This document shows positions 1 through 9,499 of a stretch of 23,071 nucleotides of DNA, piece after piece (positions within the stretch are counted from its first letter, which is position 1; each line of letters begins with the position of its first letter). This DNA comes from Ginkgo biloba. Lineage: Eukaryota; Plantae; Ginkgophyta. The position numbers and the translations under genes were made by a program. The stretch spans positions 738,269 to 761,339 of the forward strand of contig JANKJI020000005.1 in assembly GCA_024626585.2 (NCBI GenBank). Direction: 5' to 3'. The notes below the pieces were generated by a model. It did no database searches. It saw only the letters and a list, made by a program, of their open reading frames with translations, and was not told the origin of the DNA.

Positions 1-519
1 ATTGTTGATTCGAACACATAGTACATTTGAAGGCATGTAATGGTTTTCATAGAGCAAAAAGCCTCTAAACCATTAGAGTAAAATGTTCTTCTTTCTCCAT
101 GTTTTGCCTAACTGAGCTTTAATTTTAGCTATTTACTCTTGTGCTATTAATGTACAGAATCAAGGATCTTTTGTGCACATATTCTACTGTGTTCAATTCT
201 TTTCTATTAGCTTGTTTGCAAAAATTTCCATTTACAATAGGATTAAATGGTTCTTCTTAGTCAGTGCACACCTATAAGTAGATTTCTTAATCTACTTCTC
301 CCCTCCNNNNNNNNNNNNNNNNNNNNNNNNNNNNNNNNNNNNNNNNNNNNNNNNNNNNNNNNNNNNNNNNNNNNNNNTACACTATCCAAATTGCCACAGG
401 TTAATAACATTTTAGTTGTTCAGGGTTTGTTCAAAATGGAAATCTAGAATGCACGAGAGCAAGAAAAGTGGTGTTAAGAGGTATAGCAAGCTTTGCCCAG
501 TGGTGAGTTAATGCATAAT

Positions 520-1001
520 TTGTCATATCATGATGGTTTGCTATGGTATATGGGGATAGAGTTATCATCGAGGATGTTGTTGAACTGAAGTATAAGATTG
601 TGTATGAGTTGCATGACAGTTTGTTTGTTAGCCATGTGGGTAGTGATAAAAATTATGAGTTTGCTAGAAAATATGTTTATTGAAAGAATATGATAAAGGA
701 AGTTGCAAATCATATTCGGACATGTGAGCAGTATCAAGTAAAGAAGGCATATAAAGANNNNNNNNNNNNNNNNNCATTGCCTATTCTTGAAGGCAAGTGG
801 GAGAGTATCTCTATGGATTTTGTGATGTTCCTACTGAGAACACAGTGGCAACATGTTTAGATATTGGTTTTCGTGGATCAACTCATGAAGATGGCGAATT
901 TTATTCTTTGTAGAATGAACCACAAGGGTAAACATATAGACAAGATTTTGACTATGGAGGTCTTTACCAAATATGGGTTTTTTAAGGGTATTGTGAGCAA
1001 T
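520..1001 (+). mobile_element. Degenerate Ty3/gypsy retrotransposon integrase (HHCC zinc-binding region and start of the rve core)
   Basis: Manual translation gives ELKYKIVYELHDSLFVSHVGSDKNYEFARKYVY*KNMIKEVANHIRTCEQYQVKK, a decayed H..H..C..C motif. After a gap it reads LPILEGKWESISMDFV...ILVFVDQLMKMANFI...EVFTKYGFFKGIVSN, matching the gypsy W-x-x-I-S-M-D-F / V-V-D-R-L-T-K / I-V-S-D motifs. Stops and a frameshift are present. Confidence 0.9.
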
Positions 1002-1404
1002 NNNNNNNNNNNNNNNNNNNNNNNNNNNNNNNNNNNNNNNNNNNNNNNNNNNNNNNNNNNNNNNNNNNNNNNNNNNNNNNNNNNNNNNNNNNNNNNNNNN
1101 NAAGTCTACCTTTTCTCCCAATGGTCTAGTCTTTTAAGCCTTGCATATGTTTGTAATTGCAACGCATGGTTAATTAATGTAAATGAATATTTCTTTATGC
1201 ATTTATACTCTGTTGACTTATGCTTTTTGCTACATTTAATATTCTTAGCATACAAGTTTTAGAGGCAAGACAGTTACAGGGTCTAGAATCAGACTTACCA
1301 AATTGGAAGTTTGGGTCATGTTTTTTGGATTGTGTAGGCAATTATCTGACTCATGGGAACTAGGGCTATATTACTCGCATACAAATCTACCAACATTATT
1401 TTCT

Positions 1405-2652
1405 AAAGGGCATTTGGTGTGCAAGTATGGCCCCATCATAAGCACAAGTGGCAACAAATTTCTTTAGTTTTTCCTTCTCGAGTTTATATTGTTGTGGTGG
1501 GTTGTTGTTACTACTTGCACGTTGGCAATACGTGTTTCTCATGCTGCACCCTCAATACCCACTGCAAACACCACATTGCATAGGTTGGCATCTTTGATTA
1601 AAATAATAGTTTTGCGCAATGTTTGTCTATTTTGCAAATGTCACACAATTGTTCGAGGACAAATGTTGCCTCTTCTTGATGCTCATTTTGTAAATGACCT
1701 TGTTGATTGTAGGTGGAAGGACACCATACATCATTCTTCGCAAGCAAGGATATTTCTTGGCATAACTTGGCAATTTCTGCTTAAAGGTTATCCACTGTTG
1801 GATCCCTCTATTGTTTTTGTACTTTTAAGGTGGCTGACTCATGCTATAATCATTCAAATTCTAGATCTTGCATTGGGACTATATAATTGGGCATATGTAT
1901 CTAATTTAGGTTTGTTAATTGATTTTCAAACATCATTACTAGGCTGCATACTTGGTAGTAATTTTGCATTGGATGCATTCAGATTGTATTCTGAACATTA
2001 GGAAGTAACCCTTGTACAAATATTTTTAGGAGATGAAGTGGGAGGGGTTGATCCCTCATCAAAATTTGTTCAAAAGTACTCATATTCTTCCATCATAGTC
2101 TTTGATAGATTCCCTCGACATTTGTCGAATTTGCTCTATGGCTATAATTAATGTGAGGGGATTTTACAAGTTCTAAAATAAGTCTAGGAGTAGATCTTGA
2201 ATTGTGTCCAATCTTGGGTTGTTGAGACTTACGTATTGAAGCCATGCAATGGCAAGTCCTCGGAGGGTGCTAAAAAATCAAGTCTTGATTTTATGCTTGT
2301 TTATGATATTTTTAAGTTCCAAGATGTTTTTAAAGAAGGTCAAATGATCTGCTAATTCTCCTATTTTGTCATAACATAATCCTGCAAGTGCATGATCATT
2401 TTGTACCAGAATATAGGGTTGATGATTGTTTTGGCCATGAGTGCCATTACTTGTATAATTTTGATCTGCCATGTCAGTGAATAACATGTTTAGGTGCACA
2501 AAGAAATGAGTCACTAAAGTAAACTATTCATCAATAAAGGAGGCAAGTTTGAATTCTCGAATTAAAGGATCGAAATCGTTGGTAAGGTGTTGATTATTCA
2601 GACTTGGAGAGGAATACTTCAAATTTTGTTGCCAATTGTCATTTGCAGCCAT
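1405..2652 (-). mobile_element. Degenerate Ty3/gypsy gag (Retrotrans_gag-like domain and CCHC zinc knuckle)
   Basis: From ATG 2652 the minus strand reads MAANDNW...LADHLTFFKNILELKNII...KT*FFSTLRGLAIAWLQ, resembling the F-x-x-T-L-R-G-x-A-x-x-W gag motif. At ~1453-1408 it reads CHLCL*WGHT..TKCP, a CX2CX4HX4C knuckle with a stop and a 1-bp frameshift. Confidence 0.75.
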
Positions 2653-3511
2653 GGGGTCTTCATTAACCTTGGCGTTAAGCACTAAGTGTGTGTCTTCTTC
2701 CTTTGTTTTTTCCCCTTTGAATTTCTTTAGTTACCCTAACTGCTCAAAAAGTTGAACCATTTTCATAACTAATTTTCTTTTACTCTTTTTGTCCTTTCAA
2801 ATTTTGGGATACAAAATATTATAGATTCAGGATTATTTCCTTTTTAGTTTGTGGGTTTGAATATTTTTCAAAGGCCACTGGGTGAATTCACTCCCAAACA
2901 CCCAAACTCCCAAAAGCCTAAAATTTCAAACTCCTGAAAGCCCAAAATCTTGAACTCCCCAAAATGTAAAATTTGACTTTGTGTTGAATATGCAAGTAAC
3001 TTTTAAAGTTTAATAATAATTTAAACTTTAAAGAATTTAAACAACNNNNNNNNNNNNNNNNNNNNNNNNNNNNNNNNNNNNNNNNNNNNNNNNNNNNNNN
3101 NNNNNNNNNNNNNNNNNNNNNNNNNNNNNNNNNNNNNNNNNNNNNNNNNNNNNNNNNNNNNNNNNNNNNNNNNNNNNNNNNNNNNNNNNNNNNNNNNNNN
3201 NNNNNNNNNNNNNNNNNNNNNNNNNNNNNNNNNNNNNNNNNNNNNNNNNNNNNNNNNNNNNNNNNNNNNNNNNNNNNNNNNNNNNNNNNNNNNNNNNNNN
3301 NNNNNNTTTCGTGCCACACAGTGCAACGCGCATTGCCGCACGCATTTCAGCGTCGTACAACTGATATTCCGCGCATTTCAGCACCTCCAGTGAATAGTGA
3401 CTTCCGAGGAGCCAATTTTTCTCAATTTGTTGACCAATCCAGCACTTTCCGAGCTTTAAAAGGCTGAAGAGTGGATAGACGATCACCCTCTTGGATTTGT
3501 TAATTGTGAAC

Positions 3512-3629
3512 TCAAAGGATTAAATTGAGAACTCTCTGTGGCGAGGTTACCTCGCATTCAAAGGATTAAACTGAAAGCTAACTGTGGCGAGGTTACCTCA
3601 CATTCAAAGGATTAAATTGAGAACTCTCT
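3512..3629. repeat. 46-bp tandem repeat, about 2.5 copies, with an internal palindrome
   Basis: TCAAAGGATTAAA starts at 3512, 3558 and 3604. The first full unit contains the perfect palindrome GCGAGGT-T-ACCTCGC; the second has one mismatch (ACCTCAC). Confidence 0.9.
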
Positions 3630-3645
3630 TGATGCTCTTATACAC

Positions 3646-3940
3646 CTGCATTGTGGGTTGCTATTCCCCACATGTAGTGATGGCTGCATGGAAAAAAACT
3701 AGTATAAAAGAGGGCCAGATGCGATTAGTGGTCCCCAGGTGTTTGCGCTCACATCCATACAAGCCCTGCCATAGTAGAGGTTGTACCCACTAATAGCGTG
3801 AATCTTAGATATAAAAGACCTATATCTTGATCCTTTCTTCATAATCCTCAAGTCGTTGTATGCATGTAAATTGTTTATAATCTGAACTTTTAAACTGGTG
3901 TCAATGTGGAGTCCAAACAGATTGGGGATAAAGGGCAGAC
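3646..3940 (-). pseudogene. Candidate downstream exon of the Patched/NPC1-like gene, with an internal stop
   Basis: Acceptor taagcag| at 3940 is followed by about 80 open codons (GLPFIPNLFGLHIDTSLKVQIINNLHAYNDLRIMKKGSRYRSFISKIHAISGYNLYYGRACMDVSANTWGPLIASGPLLY), a TAG at 3701-3699, and a donor ag|gtgtat at 3645. No diagnostic motif was recognised. Confidence 0.3.
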
Positions 3941-4506
3941 CTGCTTAACCACAATGTTGCTTTCTATACTTGCTGAATTTTCTGTAGTTTTCTAACTATC
4001 ACAGGAAATATGAACTAGTATCAAGATGACAGCGACTCTTAATTTGTAACGTTCGAAGTATCGCAAGAAATATGTATTAATGCAAAGATAACAATGGGCC
4101 TTAATTAGTCAGCTGACCATGTTATGGAGATTAGATTGGATGTGAATGGGAACAAACAGGAGGCAAGTCCAGAATTTGCCCCCGTGTACTGTAAAATCAG
4201 ATAATTAAAGAACGGAGCAGTAGGACTTTCGCACAATATTGCGCACGAATATCATGAAAATATGAATGGCCTCAAAAGGCTAGATTAAGTGCTTGAGAAA
4301 GATAACTCCGACAGGACCGACGGGGGTACGCTTACTGCCAACAAAGAAAAAATTGAAGGATGATCTGTGTACATGCCCCAGCTGCATGTCAATCTCAACT
4401 TCGAAAGCGTGATACAAAGGCTCTTTGACAGACGGTGATTGCATTTCAAGCTTAAATAACTTTCAAGTAGTTACATCATTGTTACTAGTTGCTAGATAGT
4501 ACATAC

Positions 4507-5117
4507 CTGGTCAAATTCAAGCCAGCCCTGGCTACCTGCCACACTCATACTTAAGCTATCATAAAGTGGTTTGATCGCTAACGTCAAAGCATCCATAGCA
4601 TGTATCATATCCAACGGCTCTTTCGACTTAGAGTTTATTGAAAGGCCTTCTTTTCGTGGAACTCCTCCAAACCTGCATATCCAACGTTAATAATTGCGTT
4701 TAAACTCTTACAGTTACAGAAACTCAAAATTTGAACCGTCTTTTTGTCAAGTTAGTCCATACTTGTCGTTGAAGAAACGATTCTCTTCTACAACTCGAGA
4801 ATTATGCTCCACCCACAATTTCTCCAAATCAGTCTCGTCCTNNNNNNNNNNNNNNNCCTGGATATTTATCAGGCCTATAGAAAGGCCTCCGAGCAGTATA
4901 AGCCCAAACCTGAAACCACCGTTATTATAGCAAACATAGAATTAGACATAAGAATATCAATCACCCAATATACGTTCCTGTAACATTTCATCTCTGCTTT
5001 CTTCACACGATGGATATTGTCTTTTACTTACGTTATGGGGATAAGAGGATGATGGGCTATAAACGACCCATATGCTTCGAACATGTCATTCATTCCTGCG
5101 TGATAGCTTTCAAGCAT
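4507..5117 (-). CDS. Patched/NPC1-family (sterol-sensing-domain, RND) membrane protein: exons for a TM helix and the start of the following lumenal/extracellular loop. Partial and possibly pseudogenised.
   Basis: Exons <=5117-5032, 4909-4858, 4839-4763 and 4672-4507 join in phase at GT-AG sites (ac|gtaagt, tttcag|g, aa|gtatgg, atgcag|g, cag|gtatgt). One junction lies in a 15-N gap. The joined peptide is MLESYHAGMNDMFEAYGSFIAHHPLIPITFGLILLGGLSIGLINIQDETDLEKLWVEHNSRVVEENRFFNDKFGGVPRKEGLSINSKSKEPLDMIHAMDALTLAIKPLYDSLSMSVAGSQGWLEFDQ. The pattern G..IA.HP / TM helix / ET..EKLWV...SR..EE..FF is the Patched/NPC1 signature. Confidence 0.85.
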
Positions 5118-5266
5118 NNNNNNNNNNNNNNNNNNNNNNNNNNNNNNNNTAAACAACACAAACAAAAATTCGATTAGAAGACGGATTCTTTGTAGGGAAC
5201 AAATAAGACATACCCATCCCTTCGATGTATTAATAAATAACAAAAAATTAACAAATCAGACAGTAT

Positions 5267-5848
5267 CTGGCGCTTAATAACTGAATAGCTTTCGAATAAT
5301 CCAACTCATAGTTCTGGTTCACGAGAGGCTGTGGAAAAATAAATAAAACAGGAAGAAAGCTCCAACGACGAAACGTACCGTCATATTATTTGCTCTAATG
5401 TTCTCCCAGATGCAATTGAGTTTGTTAATCCGCCTGTGGAGGTATTCTCATTCTCTGCATTGCAGACACAGAGAAGGACATCAGGAAATGGTGTTTAAAG
5501 AAGGAAAAGAAATCACTCTTCTAACATAGAAGGTATGGCTAACATGGCTAAATATATCGCTATCGACGGAGAAGGGTAACCCCATCCGGTATCTGATCTG
5601 GTTCACTAGCACCGCCTTGTTGCTGTTGAAGACGAGAGTTTTTTGTCGTCCCCTTGACCAGTCCTTGAGGAGTGAGAGAGGAGAGGAACCAGTGGTTGTG
5701 GCTTGCATGAATGGGCCTGGGAAANNNNNNNNNNNNNNNNNNNNNNNNNNNNNNNNNNNNNNNNNNNNNNNNNNNNNNNNNNNNNNNNNNNNNNNNNNNN
5801 NNNNNNNNNNNNNNNNNNNNNNNNTTTGGATCTTTATCCTGTCATTGC
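5267..5848 (-). pseudogene. Probable upstream exons of the same Patched/NPC1-like gene
   Basis: Candidate exon starts follow acceptors at 5848 (cttgcag|), 5454 or 5433, and 5328 (tttttccacag|), with a donor at 5378 (acg|gtacgt). The joined frame reads EYLHRRINKLNCIWENIRANNMT|PLVNQNYELDYSKAIQLLSAR. Caveats: the intron 5378-5329 is only 50 nt, the expected donor at 5266 reads AT, and there is a TGA at 5450-5448 if the 5454 acceptor is used. Confidence 0.45.
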
Positions 5849-6736
5849 CTGCAAGAGTTTTGTTTAATTAATTATATCGTTTTGGCAAGCTAAATAAATA
5901 TCATCTCTTTCTACTTGTTTTCTAAGGAAGAAGTGTATTTTCCCTTCCCTTCCAAATATAATAAATGAAATCATATTGATTTCTGAACTATTAGATTTTT
6001 TATTCTTATTGTATATTCTGATAGCTGTGTAAGACAATAATTTGACCGTGGTGTCGTTCGAAAACACTTCCTGTCAAAAAAGAAATAATTAAAAATAACA
6101 CATAATCTAGAGGTCGCATTGAAAGAGTTTTCCAGGTTTTTTTTCTAGAACAGTTAAACAAAAAGGGGACATTACAGGAAAATGCAGTTCCATATTATTA
6201 TATAAAAACTGTTAAAACTAATAGCTGCTGGTAATAATTGAAATTTTAAATATATGGGACCCTTCATAAATGTTTCAAGTTTCTGCTCATGTACACGGCA
6301 GAAGAGATTTCACCTGGTGGTAATCCTTCCCATAGTACACCTGTAAAATGAACATGTTTATGATTTACAGAACTGCCATTGACTCGGAGTGGCTAGGAGT
6401 TCTCTACTTGTTCGGTGGTTTAAAGTTACCGTTAGACATTACAAAGCTTATGGATAGACGGTAGTTAGACTAAGAACAAAATAACTGTACTAAAGGAAGA
6501 TAAGTCTGGCTAGGGCCACCTGTATGAATAAAATCTAGGGATCTGGCTATTGTTGACTGTACTGTACTGCATAAATAATGTATCTAAAGACCACGGAACT
6601 GACATATTTGTGTTTGCAATATTCTGCGTTATAGTTTACTATGTAATTGCAATTGAACAATATTTTTTGGGGGTGATGGAAACGTTATTTTTCCCACTTA
6701 AACGTGCAAATGTGCACACAAGTTAACAGCATATTT

Positions 6737-6757
6737 TATATATATATATATATATAT
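6737..6757. repeat. (TA)n microsatellite
   Basis: About 10 TA units read directly. Confidence 0.9.
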
Positions 6758-7566
6758 GAGGATATTTCTTGGTTAATCAAATTGGTGTTGATGGCGTTGC
6801 CAGCATATTTACTACTACTGTTCTTTGCAACCTTACCTAGAAAATTTCATGGCATGTGTGGTTCATTGCGAGTATGGTTACAATGAAAAATGAAAAGTTC
6901 CAAAGTTTATTCCTCCATACAAACGCTTCCAAACGGCATACATTTCTGACAGAAATTCCACGAAACAATCCACTCTACTTCTACAGTTTAGAAAATTACA
7001 AGAAGGAAGGCATATAGTGACAAAAACACTTTGGAACCTATGTGAGCAATTCACATGCATAACAAATATCCCAAGCATTATCATTCAAAGCGTTTAAATA
7101 CCTTATCTCCTCCCTGTTTCTATTGAAGTCCATCAGAATTGCAAACCAACTTCTGCAGACTGCAAAACTCTGGTTTCCTGAGTTTTTGCTGTTCTATTCA
7201 ATGAAGCTTTGAACCAGCTATCATTCCATAGCATTTCGGCATGTTTGTATGCTTGAATGTTCAAGCAGATAGCTGCTCAGAGCATTGAAATGCCCAGCTC
7301 CACTGAAGGCAATAGATAGACAATATCACGTTATATTTCGAATATTTTCAGCCCTTCTAGACAAGGAACTTAATAAATGATTATTATCCAATGAAGCTTG
7401 TTTTATTGCAACAATGTCTTCAACGCCATGGGTTGCCTTAATGGTTTGAACGTTATGTTCTACGAAGGCGGCATGTGTGCTATATGCCCTGTGCTCCCAA
7501 CCGCAGGTGATGTTGGTGTTGGATGTGTGAGAGTTTGCCGCCTGCTAGACGTAGGTCATGAAAATC

Positions 7567-7587
7567 ATATATATATATATATATATA
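7567..7587. repeat. (AT)n microsatellite
   Basis: About 10 AT units read directly. Confidence 0.9.
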
Positions 7588-9499
7588 ATGGAAAAGAATA
7601 GTTAAAATACATGATTTCTTGCACGTCTAATCTAGTAGTTGGAGTTCCTTGTTCTCTTCGGATCTGATTATATCTGATATCACTCACAATATAAGTCAAA
7701 CTAAACAACATAATTATATATACAATAAGAGAGTTATTACTTGTGCAGTAATTTCTTCATAAATTTTAAAAATTCCTGAGATATTCCATCCAATTTCCTC
7801 CCTGCAGTGTACCGATTAGAACATGAAGACTGAAGCATGCACAAAGTCCATGTATTCTACTTCAATCTTTCTAGACCAAGAATTATTTTTAATTCTCAGA
7901 CTAAGCCGGGTAACTAACTTGAACTTACCAACGTATAGCCGCCCTTGATGTCATAAACATCTTCTTCCAATCCTCAACTAACAAGCACACACATATTCCG
8001 TTTTCCAATTGCCCTAGCCTGCACAAATATTGAGGCCATTAGGTGTTGAATGGATCAAATTAGTTCAACGCGTACGTTCTTCATAAATGAAAATTTAGGG
8101 CTGAGAAAATCTTATTACAACTGAAATGTTTCTGACCATTCCAAGTGGCAATTGTTAGCCCTTGAAAAGTGAATGCGATCCACTTTAGGGGCTGATGTCG
8201 ATCTGATTGCCTAAGAGCAGAAGATTTTCGATAGAACTATAAAACAAATACAAAACGGTAGAAAGGTGTGAACATATCGATTACTATGGATGGGAACCAC
8301 CGTCAAATTTGTCTTATAATTTTTATTTAAAGTCTTTGTCTCTTTCAACTACATTTACCGCTTTGTCTAATTCAACTACGGCTCTATGCGGTGTTTGTAA
8401 AATAACGACGACTTAGGATTTGATTTTANNNNNNNNNNNNNNNNNNNNNNNNNNNNNNNNNNNNNNNNNNNNNNNNNNNNNNNNNNNNNNNNNNNNNNNN
8501 NNNNNNNNNNNNNNNNNNNNNNNNNNNNTTATAATTTTTATTTTGAAGTGTTTGTCTCTTTCAACTACATTTACCGCTTTGTCTAATTCAACTACGGCTC
8601 TATGTGGTGTTTGCAAAATAACGACGACTTAGGATTTGATTTTAAATTTGGCATCTCGCATCATCAGCTTGTTTATTTTATTTTTACTTTGTTCGTTTTA
8701 GCCATAGAGAAATCAGTTAAGGTGAGCTACTAAGAACATATCATGTTCAACTATATATATTTCAACACATATATAGAGAGGGCAAGTATATCAATTTCAA
8801 CATGTATTAAGCACAGCAAATAGTTTTAGACCAAAAAGGAAAATAAATTGGGGGGATTAAAGTCCATCATCAAGCTGTTGTGATGCCTTTTTCATTCAAC
8901 TAATATACACAACATACACAAAACTAGTTGTATATATCCACTCAATTGGGTCACTACAAGTGTTCCATTACGCATGGTTCTAGCAAGGATGAAAGGGCAT
9001 TTGGCTCAAGCGGACCTCATTTTGGGTTGTCAACTATTGCATGGAAGTCATAAAAATCATCTCATGTTGTTGGAGCAAGCACTAAAACAATGACAAGGAC
9101 CAACCCATGCACGGTAGATGTGTGATTTGGATTTATTAAAGGCTCAAGAAAATGAAATGGAAGATAAGTGTGCACACTCTTGATTTAGAGCACTCAATAG
9201 AAAAGTAGATGACGAATGTCTTTACATTTACTCCTTTTTTCTTAACCAAGTGCAGTCATAAGAAAGAAAGGGTTAGTATTTCCTTGAGCTCTTAGTCTCA
9301 TGTCTTTAGTTGCTTTTTTAATATTACACCTATGTAAGAGATTATTGCCTTTACTCATATCCCTTAGGTTTCAAATATCTTGAAGCATTAGTTGATGCGC
9401 TATGAATAATTTCCAATGAATTCTCTCCATTCTTCATCTTGAACTATTAATATCCAATGCATGACAAGAAATAATTATATAACCTAAAGATCCATAACT

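Larger units (their letters stand above)
6047..8236 (-). pseudogene. Multi-exon spliced locus of unknown product (decayed gene, lncRNA or long spliced leader)
   Basis: Candidate GT-AG exons: 8210-8137, 8018-7929, 7801-7741, 7541-, 7302-7102, 6980-6837, 6519-6430, 6340- and 6070-6047. The first four join into 146 stop-free codons ending at TGA 7328-7326. The later large exons carry stops. Confidence 0.5.

Noticed and set aside
1489-2001. 170-aa + strand ORF
   Set aside because: Antisense shadow of the decayed gag, with a TTG start and no recognisable motif.
3512-3629. CRISPR-like repeat/spacer appearance
   Set aside because: Eukaryotic context, only 2.5 units, 11-bp variable parts with the first and third identical, and no cas genes.
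3997-4106. Diverged ~48-bp duplication with 62-bp period
   Set aside because: Two copies at low identity in probable intron; no evident function.
7741-7801. Alternative frame YLRNF*NL*RNYC resembling the NPC1 N-terminal domain motif CLRNFLNLFC
   Set aside because: Short, contains two stops, Cys spacing is off, and neighbouring exons show no NPC1 NTD motifs. Treated as chance unless a profile search says otherwise.
8190-8236. LLLLGNQIDI resembling a GTPase G4 or LRR motif
   Set aside because: Isolated, followed by a stop, with no other supporting motifs.
8314-8644. Near-identical ~115-bp direct repeat (8314-8428 and 8529-8644)
   Set aside because: The copies directly flank a 100-N gap and differ by a few SNPs/indels. 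Most likely uncollapsed allelic contig ends.
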